Of a stretch of DNA of 64,000 nucleotides, positions 25,649 to 38,692 are shown one piece after another (position 1 is the first letter of the stretch; every line of letters begins with the position of its first letter). Source of the stretch: Octopus sinensis (taxonomy: Eukaryota); contig NC_043003.1 in NCBI RefSeq assembly GCF_006345805.1, forward strand, positions 4,402,001 through 4,466,000. Direction: 5' to 3'. A program made the position numbers and the translations under genes. Under the pieces are notes generated by a model that saw nothing but the letters and a program-made list of their open reading frames with translations, had not been told where the DNA came from and made no database searches.

Positions 25649-25880
25649 GCGTATAAGTGTATATGCGTGTGTGTATGTATTTCTGTGCCTGTATGTATTT
25701 GTATGTTTATGTGCAAGTTCGTGTAAGTGTGTATGTGTGTGTGTGTGTGTACGTACGTGAAGGAAAAACTTAGATAAAATGATATTTTACAGGAATGTAT
25801 ATATTTGTGTGTGTAAAGGTCAAAGAGAGGGGAGTGAAGATAGAAAGATAAATAGATAGGCATATAAGTAAACACAGAAA

Positions 25881-25917
<37 letters not shown>

Positions 25918-26689
25918 AGAAAGAGAGGCCGATGGAGAAAGATAGAAATGGGGAGAGTTACCAAAATGTATCTATTTACAAAGATGTGTGTCAGTTTTTG
26001 AATCTTCCTCCAAGAATATTCCACTCAGAAGTGTAGATCACAATCAAACTTAGCGTTTTCTGACGCTATCACGTATGTATATACGTATATACGTGTGAAA
26101 ATACATACATCCAAATACACATACATATACATGCACGTACATGTATACGTACAGGCAGGCTTATGTGTGTATTGGTGTGTAACAAGTAAAATGGAGATGA
26201 TTTAATATTATTCGATATTAGAGGAAATTGCTGAAGAATTTAAGTAATTACAGTTTCAGGGCAAAAGGCCTTTTTAAACAATTCGGCATCTTTCGAATCT
26301 GAAGCCGTTGCTGCTTCATTCTCAGTGAATAAAACATTTACATCCAACCATACATTCATATATGTACGTACATACAAGCGTATATACGTACCTACACATA
26401 CATACATACATACATACATACATACATACATACATACATACATACATACATGCATGCATACATACATACATACATACATACATACATACATACATACATG
26501 CATGCATGCATACATACATACATACATACATACATACATACATACATACATACATACATACATGCATACATACATACATACATACATGCATGCATGCATA
26601 CATACATACATACATACATACATGCATACATACATACATACATACATGCATGCATGCATACATACTACATACATACATACATACATACA

Positions 26690-26720
<31 letters not shown>

Positions 26721-26829
26721 CATACATACATACATGCATGCATGCATACATACATACATACATACATACATACATACATACATACATACATACATACATA
26801 ATACATACATACTACATACATACATACAT

Positions 26830-27039
26830 ACATCGCCATGATACATCATTAGCCACTACACACATGTTTTCTCTCCTCGTTGCTCTCCTTGTTTTTTTTT
26901 CTGTGTCCCTTTCTGTAGAAGAGCGTAGGTTCGAAACGTAAAAGACTTTTTTCTATTCCTAAGCGTTATACTAATACTTCTGTTTCTTTTGTACCCCACA
27001 TGTCTTCGTCTTTTGTTTTTTTTCGTAAACTCTCCCTAC

Positions 27040-27040
<1 letters not shown>
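26830..27040 (+). mobile_element. PLE-like repeat family E copy (CUGUAGA motif at 26909-26944)
   Basis: Same motif and tail as 4045-4335. Ends in (TA)n. Confidence 0.65.
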
Positions 27041-27070
<30 letters not shown>

Positions 27071-27076
27071 ATATAT

Positions 27077-27118
<42 letters not shown>

Positions 27119-27126
<8 letters not shown>

Positions 27127-27452
27127 ATTTGCGGATGGTCATATTGCCTTTTTAGCCAATAAAAATACACGCACTATATATATTTTCGTCAGTGGTCCTT
27201 TGCTTTCTTTTTTCTTATTTGTTGCCTTTCCTTACTAATGATCAGCCATTTTGTCAGACAAAATGGCTGATCATTAGTAAGGAAAGGCCAGAATAAGAAA
27301 AAAGAAAGCAAAGGACCACTGACGAAAGAATTTTGGCCGAAATACGATTAATATAAAAGTAAAATAAAGCTGAAGCAAATTAACACCAACTATATAGTGC
27401 ATGTGTTTTTATCGGCTAAACAGCAAAATGACCATCCGCAGATACAACAATA
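27119..27452. repeat. Foldback element: inner palindrome centred at 27256 plus outer arms
   Basis: Inner arms about 72 bp (27184-27255 / 27257-27327). Outer arms 27119-27180 / 27391-27452. Confidence 0.9.
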
Positions 27453-27560
27453 TCTGTTTCATACACGATTTCACATCAAGAATCTTGCAAAACAGATATA
27501 TATATATATATTATATATAGATATATATATATATATATATAATATATATATAATATATAT

Positions 27561-27830
27561 ATAGGAAGGGGGGATTTCACGAAAAAAACATATATATATA
27601 TATAGGAAGGGGGGATTTCACGAAAAAAACAAAAGACGAAGACATGTGGTGTAGACAACAAAAACAGATGTATTAGTATAACACTCGGGAAGTGAAAAAG
27701 TTTTAACGTTTCGAGCCTACGCTCTTCCACAGAGAGGAACACTGAAAGAGACAAGATGAGAAAATAAAGAATGTGTAGTGGCTAGCGATCTATCATGGCG
27801 AATGCCGGACAGAAAAGTCACACAGGAGAA
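27561..27830 (-). mobile_element. PLE-like repeat family E copy (CUGUGGA motif at 27701-27736)
   Basis: Inverted relative to 26830-27040. The 3' tip is tandemly duplicated (aggaagggggatttcacgaaaaaaac x2). Confidence 0.65.
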
Positions 27831-28619
27831 GTAGGAAGAAGGGGAGATAATAAAGAAGAGGTGATCCCAAAACGAAGGTGCACGTACGTGTGTATAAGAC
27901 AGTTTGTATGTACATGTGGAAGAGGGCTGGTGATCTTGACGTGTGCATATATTAATGTGTCACTTAAACGCTAATTTGGTATTTCGTGTTGTCACTTCGG
28001 GATTCCATTCCGTTGGCAATTCTGTTCTTGGATAGCATCTCCATTATCATTCAACAGATAACTAATGTCTTTTATATTAAGATATCTATTCTTGCGGATA
28101 TGTTTGTGTGCGTGTGAGTATGTATGTATGTATGTATGTGTGTGTGTGTATGTATGCATGTATGTATGTATGTATGTGAATATGTATGTATGTACGTATG
28201 TATGTATGTATGTGAATATGTATGTGCGTATGTATGTATGTATGAATGTATGTATGTGAATATGTACGTGAGTATGTATGTATGTATGAATGTATGTATG
28301 TGTGAGAATATGCATGTATGTACGTACGTATGTATGTATGTATGTATGTACGTATGTATGTATGTACGTATGTATGAATGTATGTATGTGAATATGTATG
28401 TATGTATGTATGCATGTATGTATGTATGCATGAATGTATGTATGCATGTGAATATGTATTTATGTATGTATGTGAATATGTATGTATGTATGTACGTATG
28501 TATGTATGCATGTATGTATGCATGTATGTGAATATGTATATGTCTCCGTGTGTGTACATATATATATATATATTAGTTTGTGTATCTACCTATGTTGTAT
28601 ACATCTTATCTAATATCTT

Positions 28620-28862
28620 TAATATGAAATCTTCCTGTACAAAACTCCATTTCTGGAATGTAGATAACAAACTTCTTATTGTAAACTTGAGAAATGTCTT
28701 GCATATTTTTATTCTCCTGCTTACACACTGTATTTTTAATGTGCGAGGTAGTTGGTTGATTACTTTTACTGAAAACCCAAAACTTATCCATATTTCTACT
28801 TATGAAGTCCCTCACAAATCCAAGTGTACCCCTTATTATTGGTATAAACGTGAATTTATGAT
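28620..28862 (-). pseudogene. R4/Dong-like LINE C-terminal remnant
   Basis: HKFTFIPIIRGTLGFV and, in another frame, KICKTFLKF. Parallels 45295-45597. Confidence 0.6.
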
Positions 28863-28877
28863 CTATGCATGCATGTA

Positions 28878-28975
28878 CGAGGTGTAGTGAAAAAGTATGC
28901 GACCTTTGGCCAAAAAACAAGTAATATTAAAAAGCTCAACATTTTAATTTAGTCTCCTTCAAAGTCTACACACTC
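28878..28975 (+). mobile_element. Probable solo mariner terminal inverted repeat
   Basis: TA + cgaggtgtagtgaaaaagtat, same style as the TIR at 61240. Confidence 0.4.
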
Positions 28976-29195
28976 TATGAATGTATGTATGTGTGTATGT
29001 TTGTATGTGTGTATGTATGTATGTATGAATTTATTTATGTATATGTATGTATGTCATTATTCAGTTTTATTTCAAGATTTCATGCCAATAGAGAAAGAAC
29101 CGGTTTCTAACCTAGATCCAAGGCTCCTTCATTGAAACTTCAACATCAACAACAGAGTATTTTTGTATGTATGTATATTATATATATATATATAT

Positions 29196-29226
<31 letters not shown>

Positions 29227-29229
29227 ACA

Positions 29230-29482
29230 AGATAAGAAAATGGAGAAATACATCTAAATCAAATATCAATTACCAGATAATACTCAATCACATACTTTAT
29301 TAAACCACCACATAAGAGACTGTAGGGTTAAGTATAAAAAGCAGAACAAATCAGTGTACATAAAGGAATGTACATAAAAAAGTGTACATAAAAGAGTAAT
29401 GTTGTATAATAATTAGAATATATATAAAAAAGAATATAAATACAAGTAAATATAAATATAAGTATAAATTAGATCTTACAGC

Positions 29483-29485
<3 letters not shown>
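29230..29485 (-). mobile_element. Diverged copy of the 52282-52505 palindrome arm family
   Basis: agaaaatggagaaa...aatcaaatatcaa...atactttatta...tcttacagct; truncated in the hammerhead stem III. Confidence 0.55.
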
Positions 29486-29514
<29 letters not shown>

Positions 29515-29544
29515 AAGTATGTATGCATGTATGCATGTATATGT

Positions 29545-29720
29545 GCAGATTTGTATGTTTTGCTTAATGTATGTATTCTCATGCATATAGTTGCATATCT
29601 ATCATGTTCATATATGTTTAAATGATAAACTTCTGGAAAGTTTTACAGATTTTTACAGTTCCAGTGATGGATTGGATCTGTCGTCTTCGAATTAGCTTTC
29701 TCCTTTCTGGTTTTCAGAAA

Positions 29721-29722
<2 letters not shown>
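29545..29722 (-). mobile_element. R4/Dong-like LINE 3' UTR, short copy
   Basis: Near-identical to 45160-45330. Flanked by TATG/TAAG repeats. Confidence 0.8.
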
Positions 29723-29759
<37 letters not shown>

Positions 29760-30335
29760 GTATGTATGTATGTATGTTGTATGTATGTATGTATGTATGT
29801 ATGTATGTATGTATGTATGTATGTATGTATGTATGTATGCACGTAGCTAAGAACAAAAACGAAACAATATTGACGCTATATTTGTGTCATGCCTTATATG
29901 TGATCAATAAATTTTGTTGATTGAAAATAATCTTTTCGCATCGTCTTCAGCTAATCATTCTTTCCTGAGATTAGTCTAATAATTCCTAATTAGCCTTTAT
30001 CACCCTGGAGTTAAACTAATTTTGATGCTGGTTTCGTTTCAAATGTTCACGTGGCAATTAGAGTGACAATCCTAATTAACGATTCGCATTTGATTTGATT
30101 CTTGTTGATTCCTGTTTCATTTTTACTTCTGTTTCACTTATTAGGACATTCTGACTTAACCCTTCTCGATTCTTCTTTCGATTTTGTGATTTTCAGAAAG
30201 AGAGACGCATCAATGCACCATCGAACTCGTAGTGACGGTTGATGATAGGAAAGTACTCAAGCTACTTTCATACAGGAACCCTACCATTGAATGCCGGCTC
30301 CAAATTCTGTCAAACTGATATAGTTTAACTTTGTC

Positions 30336-30515
30336 TAAACAGTCAGTGATGTCGCAAAAAGCTGGTGGCTCTGTATGAAATAAGTATTTCCAAATAATAC
30401 ATCCCAGTTAATTTGGATGTGGAAATTAATAAATTGTTGCAAAGGCTGTTTCCATCGCTAAAAGCTATTTTGTTCAGAGCACACACCAGTCGTTTGCGAC
30501 ATCACTGATTGTTTA
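30336..30515. mobile_element. Small MITE-like element with terminal inverted repeats of about 40 bp
   Basis: taaacagtcagtgatgtcgcaaa...gctctg / cagagc...tttgcgacatcactgattgttta. Confidence 0.6.
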
Positions 30516-31099
30516 ATCAGTGTTGGACTATATCGGTTTGAAGATATAGGCATTCGATATTTGGGCTCGGCTGCTGCTGAGGAAGCGCATATGATGCTGA
30601 AACTACGTGATGTAACAGATCCTTCAGCAGAGCTGACGAATTTTCTTCTGCCGATATAATCTGAGCTATTTTATAGCACCAAACGCCTAGAGGACATGAA
30701 ATCCCCAGGACGATTACTGCAGTCTACAGCGTTCAAAACAACATATCGAAGCTAGATGCATACATTCAGTCCCGAACAAACATGCACGCGGGCACTCACA
30801 CATATCCTAGATGGGAATATCTTGTGCTATATCCTCTGTGGTCATTTTTCTTATATATTATCTCAAAGATGACCTTGGATTAAACAACAGCCACAGGACA
30901 GAAAGTAAAAACTGGAAGAGGGATGGGATTGAAATCGTTTTAATGACTTTCTGTTATGCTATTGTCGTTGTTGCTGTTGTTGTTGCTTAACTCTAGCTCT
31001 TTCCTGTCACAGCACACAGACCTATAAACAAATCTCATTCCGGCTACGACCGTATTCTCATTTTCCGCACGAATTTTCTGTATTAGCATAATTTTGCAT

Positions 31100-31511
31100 A
31101 CTCTTTTACTCTCTTTTACTTGTTTCAGTCATTTGACTGTGGCCATGCTGGAGCATCGCCTTTAGTCGAGCAGGTCGCCCCCAGGACTTATTCTTTGTAA
31201 GCCTAGTACTTATTCTATCGGTCTCTTTTGCCGAACCGCTAATGTACGGGGGTGCAAACACACCAGCATCGGTTGTCAAGCAATGTTGGGGAGTCAAACA
31301 CAGACACACAAACATATACATACATACATATATACATATATACGACGGGCTTCTTTCAGTCTCCGTCTACCAAATCCACTCACAAAGCTTTAGTCGGCCC
31401 GAAGCTATAGTAGAAGAGACTTGCCCAAGGTGCCACGCAGTGGGACTGAACCTGGAATCATGTGGTTGGTATTGGTAAGCAAGCTACTTACCACACAGCC
31501 ATTCCTACGCC
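31100..31511 (-). mobile_element. SINE family B, full length
   Basis: Reverse complement of 7291-7680. Confidence 0.9.
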
Positions 31512-32100
31512 CATTGCATGCCCATTTTTATAAAACAATAAACCGTAGTTTGGCTGTTATTTCTAGTAAAACCCTGCAACAGTGCAGGTAGCGACTCCTT
31601 GACTGGCTAGATCACATTCTACGTAATTTATGTGTAAAGTAGAAAAAATACATTGCCAAGTAGGAAGAAGGTACGGAAGTATGATATTTGTTTACATAAA
31701 AATACATTCAGAGATATATCTTGTGCGATGCAGTTGCGTGTCGATGGCATAACGTTGCTACTGCCGCGGCTGCCGTTGCTGCTGACAGTAATGATGGTTA
31801 ACTCTGAGATAAATCTATTACTATTCATAATCTCAGATCTGATGGTAAAGGCTAGTAAATTTAAAATAGCATTCTATGATGTGAAGAGTCAGATGGCGTA
31901 TTAGAAGGTAGGAATACATGGTCGTACATTCTTCTCTACGCTTGCCTGATGCCAACAGATTCAGTGGAATATCGCGGCGATGAAGACGATAATTAAACAT
32001 TCCATACAACTGTTGACAATAAATCTAGTAGCCTGCAGCAGCGTAGAGAAGAAGATGGCGTGAGCGTGTCAGAATACGCGCGTGTGTATGTGTGTGTTTG

Positions 32101-32132
<32 letters not shown>

Positions 32133-32275
32133 AAAGTATTTGTATGCGTGGGAGTGATTGTATATGCCTGCATTTTATATGTATGCGTATATATATATGT
32201 GTGCGCGTGAGAGAGAAAGAAAGAGAGTATATTTACACGTATATATATATATACGTATGTGTGTGTGTTTGTGTG

Positions 32276-32315
<40 letters not shown>

Positions 32316-32395
32316 GTATGTATTGTATGCATGTATGTATGCATGTATATATATATATAAATATATATATAGTCGTGTGTGTATGTATATATATA

Positions 32396-32444
<49 letters not shown>

Positions 32445-33018
32445 TATATAATATATAATATGTATGTATGTGTGTGTGTTTTGTGTATGTGCGTGCGTAA
32501 AGGTACATGTCAGTGCTGACAATACGATATTGTCAACAGTGCATCAACGTGTAATCACTATATATTTACCTGTATATATGCGTATACATTCACACGCACA
32601 CACTCTCACACACACACATATCCATGTATATATATGTATATATATATATGTACACATCCATTACGTACGAAACGAAGGCGTACGTATCAAACTGTAGTAT
32701 TGCTACGATTCACCTGCGCGACAGTATCCAGGTTTTATAGATGTATATATTAGCGATATTTTTTGTTTACACTTTACTGTTTGACAAGCAATGTCGTCGA
32801 AATTCGAAGTCACTGTCAGTTTCCCCCTTTTTGAAGAAAAATATATGTTTGACTGTTCAATGCATTTAGCTTCTCTAAATAGTTGAGATTTATAGCTTTC
32901 TTAATATCTGTGTACCTGTGTGTGTATGTTTGTCTGTATGTATGCATGTGTGTGTGTATGTGTGTATAAATTTCGTGTTACACTAAGAAGCAATGCATAG
33001 TACCAGAACTTTTCCCTC

Positions 33019-33088
33019 GAGTTAACTGAGGAAGATCTTACGTAATACATAATTTCCTACTATAAACCCGAAACGTACGTATTAAATC
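33019..33088 (+). ncRNA. Type-I hammerhead ribozyme motif, canonical core, degraded stem II
   Basis: GAGUUAA-CUGAGGA-...CCC-GAAA-CGUACGU-A-UUAAAUC. Stem I 6 of 7 bp, palindromic stem III, GUA triplet. Confidence 0.6.
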
Positions 33089-33311
33089 ATTTTAATATAC
33101 CACTAGTTCATTATTACAACTGCACACACACACACACATGTTCTGTAAGCTTCCTATGTTTTTATATCAACTTTTCTTAAGTGAAGCTGGAAAACTGTTT
33201 AAAGGGCGAAAGAAGAAAACCAAAACCATCAAATATACTTCTTTCAGTGTTATCTCTAAACCTTCTCTGATGTCACAACTGTAACTCTTCGAACCATGTG
33301 CGTGTGCATGT

Positions 33312-33349
<38 letters not shown>

Positions 33350-33929
33350 GTGTGTTTGTGTGCGCGTGTGTGTGTATATTTTCTTTGTAGATTACCCAGG
33401 CCACTAGTGGTTTCATGTTCAGAGGGATATCTCTTAACAATTATCAAACCTGTGACCATGGGATGCTGGCGTTCGTCTCCACCTTGAAAATACTAAAAAA
33501 TCACGTGAGATCACGCGTGGTTTTGGAGTAAGCAAACAAATAGACCAATCAGGGGGAGCAACTCCCGAATTACCATATCCCTTGCATTAAAACCTTCTTC
33601 TTCTCAATGCATAAGTAATATTTCACACTCCGAAATATCAAGCCAGACCCTCAGCACCTACTTTGCTACCCCCACTGTCCATCAATTATATATTATTCTA
33701 GCACTATGACTCAGCAACGCCGGGTCATAGTGCTAGTGCATGCATATACAGTTGCGTGCGTGCGCAAATACACGCGAGTACTGTCCAAATCTCCCACCAA
33801 TCACATACAGCTAGCTGGCATTCAATTGGCGTATCAAGTTTCAGGCATTTTGATTGGGTTTTGGATAGAAAATTCACAAAAAAGTCACTTCTATTCATTT
33901 TTTAATGGCTTTGCAGGGTGACTGGGGAA

Positions 33930-34366
33930 CTGTAAAGATGTGCACGACCACCCTTGGACGGTTTTGAATGACCATAGAAAGTGTGAGCCCTCTAACTGAA
34001 AAATTGTGGATTTGTATAAAGGACACGCACACACACACACATACATTTTGCCGTTTATATATAGAGAGGATGAACTTTATGAATAGCAGGCACATGGCCT
34101 CATGATCCTATGCAGAGCTTCCCACCACATAAATATACGAGCATCACGCATATCCATGACATCCCATGATATGCACAAAATTATGAACCCACAATAACAT
34201 TGGTTTACAATTCCATGAACCAAGTTTGACGTCGATTATGTGAAAGATATGTGAAACTCCGCAGTTATGAGTATACAACCAAACACACAAAGAAGAGGCT
34301 CTACTGATCCAACGTCTCAACCCGAAAATTAACAGTCGATCGGAGTTGAGCCAATGGTTCCTATAG
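33930..34366 (+). pseudogene. Possible Penelope-like GIY-YIG endonuclease C-terminal remnant
   Basis: TTTLGR/LNDHRK across a frameshift at about 33944-33983, and EEALLIQRLNPKINSRSEL ending at TAG 34364-34366. A hammerhead motif follows at 34887-34922. Confidence 0.45.
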
Positions 34367-34454
34367 ACAGCATCCAACGGATGGGGAATGGCCGACAATA
34401 GCTGCAGGTTTGTTTACACCAACACCCGGACAGCCGGCACACGTGGATGGTGAC

Positions 34455-34693
<239 letters not shown>

Positions 34694-34886
34694 TAACGCC
34701 ATAGCACCACAGATGGTGAATGGCCCACAACAACAGTTGGAAGTTTATTTACACCAACGCGTGGAGCGTCGACTACACCTACGTTTGGAGAGTGATTGTT
34801 TCTGCTGCTGCTGCTGCTACATAACGCTAGGGAATTTAAATGGGTTTACGGAACCTACATAACTGGACATTTCCCAGACTGTTTTT

Positions 34887-34922
34887 CTTCTGAAGATGGT
34901 CCTTTGCGCCGGAAATATAAAG
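34887..34922 (+). ncRNA. Minimal hammerhead ribozyme motif
   Basis: CUU-CUGAAGA-UGGU/ccuuugc/GCCG-GAAA-U-AU-A-AAG. Short stems. Confidence 0.45.
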
Positions 34923-35197
34923 CTTTTATAAAACACTCCGCGGGGCCAGAAGCTTTCTACTTACCCTCTTTTGCCTTCTTCTTCTTCTTCTTCTTCTTCT
35001 TCTTCTTCTTCTTCTTCTTCTTCTTCTTCTTCTTCTTCTTCTTCCTTCCCCCTCTCTCTCTGTATACATGCATATGTATGTGTGTGTTTGTAAGTATATA
35101 TGTCTGTGTGTATGTGTGTGTATGTATATGTATGCATGTTCGTGTACGTATGCATATATGTACATATACATTTCCTCCTATATATACATATACATAA

Positions 35198-35294
<97 letters not shown>

Positions 35295-36444
35295 CGTGTG
35301 TGTGTGCGTGTGTGTGTTTCTAGATACACATCAATAAATGTACGGAAATATAATTCAGCATCTGTCGAAGAGGATAAATATTTGTATCAACAGTTGGTGG
35401 CTTCCATCTCCGAGAGGCAAACTTCCACTCATATTGTGTAATGCATGAAATGCTGTAAATCTAAGTTGCAAACGAATCCGTTTTGCTAAAGAGTCCTAAT
35501 ATCACGTGTGAAATTAATTGCCGTTAGCATTAACTATTTAGTATCGGCTGATAGTGGACTGCTGTGTGACTGCTAACGACAGCTCTGAGTGAGGGCAACT
35601 CTGTCGCAATGTATAGGAATAGTTTCTCTTATGTACATTAGAATTTCTAGAACAATTTTGTTCAGTTTCAATAAAAATTCTATGAAACAGTGGCTTAAAA
35701 TTGACCAACATAGAATACTTTTGTAACAGAACTAGTTATGTTCAATCTTCTTGCTGAAGAACACCGTGTGTTGTTTCAATATGTGCAGGTTCTCAAAGAA
35801 CCAAAGATGGCACTTTTGTGTTCACGGCGTATAAAGCGGAGACTTGTCGACTATACTCTAGTTTATGCTGTTATTTTGAAGAAAAAATGGAGAAAGAGGC
35901 AGAATTGTGCTTGTCTTTGAACCTGAAGAGGTGTATATCCTGGTCTAACCTCCTCTGATGCCGTGCCAGTGAGTTTCAAGCTATTCCTTTGGATACCGTC
36001 GGGTAAACTGAAAGTGGCTCTACAAATCACAATCTTGGACAGGCACGTTTTAGAGGTCAGCTAAAGTGGGTATTTATTCACTATTCAGGAGTATTATTTA
36101 GCTCTGTTGAAGTCTAAAATAATGTCCAATACGCTGACTAATTAAATTGACAGTGATAGCTATATTAAAGCTAAACTTCCTGAAGAGTTTTATTAAATTC
36201 TTCCAAAATCGAAACATGACATAGCCATTTATACAACTTCAAATCCGGTCTCTTCGTTTAGCCATAGGACCCTAGCAGTCAGAAGAGGTGATATGAAACC
36301 CCAATCGATTGCCTTTGGTTTCTTAAAGACATCATCAAGGTTATTATTCATTCATTGTTTCTAAGAGGACGTATGAGTGCCTTCTGCTTGGAGATTATGG
36401 AAATAGGTACCAGCAACCATATCGGAGTCAGTGAGGTGAATATA

Positions 36445-36624
36445 ATTCTTAATTACATGAAATTAAATCCCCAATGACAAAATACGTCTTTGCTGAAAAT
36501 TTATTATCACAATTACGAAAGGGAGGAAACATGAAATCCTGTTATTGAAGAATTTTTATATGAAAACAATTTTCAGCAAAGACGTATTTTGTCATTGGGG
36601 ATTTAATTTCATGTAATTAAGAAT
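36445..36624. repeat. Perfect 57-bp inverted repeat with a 66-nt spacer
   Basis: 36445-36501 equals the reverse complement of 36568-36624. Confidence 0.95.
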
Positions 36625-36776
36625 ATTACGGATATTATAGCGTTGTATATTGTGTTTTTATGTACAACACATCTCTGGGAAATTTTCCAATATCATTATT
36701 TTATCATACTTAATCATCTGTGTGTTCGTATGAGCATGTGTACGCTTAAAATACACACACGTACACACACTCACAC

Positions 36777-36846
<70 letters not shown>

Positions 36847-36940
36847 ACACACATACACACAAAGACACACACATATATATACATATATATATACCTAGAC
36901 ACATATGCGTCTCTCTATCTCTTTCTCTCGTGATATACAT

Positions 36941-36977
<37 letters not shown>

Positions 36978-37038
36978 GCATGTATATATGTATATGTACG
37001 TATGTATATGTTTATGTAACATATATATACATACATAT

Positions 37039-37092
<54 letters not shown>

Positions 37093-37129
37093 TATATATG
37101 TATATATACACACGCACACACACACACAT

Positions 37130-37160
<31 letters not shown>

Positions 37161-37527
37161 CACATAGCTGCTAGAGTTTTATATCCATAAAACGGTAGGA
37201 AATTACTGTTACCGTCAAAGCTTCTGTTGAAATTACAAACTTATCACATACATTTCCCGTTATCAGTCTTGAAATTTCAGCCATTATATATTTACGATGT
37301 TGAAATACGTTACAGTATCTTGGCACAAATGGTGTGAGAAAAATTAGGAAGCACACCATAAAGCAGGCGTATTTAATTCTCACAAGAAGTATCTCATGAT
37401 TAAAAGTATGGTGTTACTAGGAGCATCGTGATATTGACTGCCTCCAGTTTAGTTTATATTCACATGGGTTGTTTTGTCTTCCAACAATTTCCCCATAAAT
37501 ATAGGTTATATATATATATATATATAA

Positions 37528-37570
<43 letters not shown>

Positions 37571-37573
<3 letters not shown>

Positions 37574-37762
37574 CGGAGATGTACTTGCATAGCAAGTAAC
37601 ATGATCGAAGCAAAAACAATTGCTACGTGGAAGGTATTTATAAGCCATTTAAAAACACACAAAAACCGTTAGATTCACTTCAACATTTAAATTTAATTTG
37701 TCAAAATATTTTCGTCGCTTTGAAACCGCAAACTGTTCACTGACAAAACTCCGTGCTGCATC
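37571..37762 (-). repeat. Unclassified interspersed repeat; + strand copy at 57043-57247
   Basis: gatgcagcacgga...gacaaattaaa...tacatctccgtaa is shared. Abuts (TA)n. Confidence 0.8.
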
Positions 37763-38061
37763 TGTAAATATATATATATATATATATAAAAGGAAAATTA
37801 AATCAATGAGGTATGTTTCTCAGGGACGTGATCTGCATGTCAGTGAGGTTAGTAAGAAACACCTAGTTATGCTGTGAGCAAAAGACAGCATAAGCTCACT
37901 GACAATATCCGGAATATAGCTTTTCCTTTGTCACGGAAATTCACTAATTGGTATAAAAGAGAAATTATAGGACACATGATCTAGTTTTTATAGTACTCTA
38001 TATTAGATCACCACACACTTCTATATATATATATATATATTATATATATATATATATATAT

Positions 38062-38362
38062 ATGGGGCGAAGTTATTTGACCCTGTTATCTCCCCTATTT
38101 TCGCTCTTGCATCTCACGTTTGATCTCTGACTTCTGGCCAGAATCAGATCGCGATGTTGAATCGCTAGCTTCTGCACGCATTTTTTTCTCTCCTTGTTTC
38201 TCTCCGTGTTTCTTTTCTGTGTATCTTTCTGTTGAAGAGCGTAGGCTCGAAACGTAAATGACTTGTTTTATTTATATTCCTGAGCGCCATACTAATACAA
38301 TTGTTTGTTTGTACTCCACCTGCCTTCGTCTTTCGTTTATTTTCATAAAGCTTCCCGTTATA
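38062..38362 (+). mobile_element. PLE-like repeat family E copy (motif at 38224-38261)
   Basis: Near-identical to 4045-4335. (TA)n on both flanks. Confidence 0.7.
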
Positions 38363-38487
38363 TATATATATAGTTCAAGTAATACCCAATGGGATAGTCA
38401 TGTTTGGATGGTCACACCAACATGACAGCTTGATTGATCAGATATCCGTGAAACATGAAATAACAATAAATGGTATCGGCCTAGGAA

Positions 38488-38692
38488 GGCGGCAAGCTGG
38501 CAGAAACGTTAGCACGCCGGGCGAAATGCGTAGCCGTATTTCGTCTGCCGTTACGTTCTGAGTTCAAATTCCGCCGAGGTCGACTTTGCCTTTCATCCTT
38601 TCGGGGTCGATTAAATAAGTACCAGTTACGCACTGGGGTCGATGTAATCGACTGAATCCGTTTGTCTGTCATTGTTTGTCCTCTCTGTGTTT
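38488..38692 (+). mobile_element. SINE family A copy
   Basis: Core present. Diverged TSD ggtatcggcctagg / ggtatcagccaagg. Confidence 0.9.

Noticed and set aside
30169-30320. Strong polypyrimidine tract and AG acceptor at 30195 as a host exon
   Set aside because: All three frames hit stops within about 125 nt, and there is no convincing donor or recognisable peptide.
34955-35065. Minus-strand GAG|GTAAGT donor after (GAA)n as a poly-Glu exon
   Set aside because: The acceptor is weak and the content is only microsatellite.
36180-36220. CUGAAGA...GAAACAUGAC
   Set aside because: U16.1 is replaced by A and there is no stem I; at best a dead remnant.
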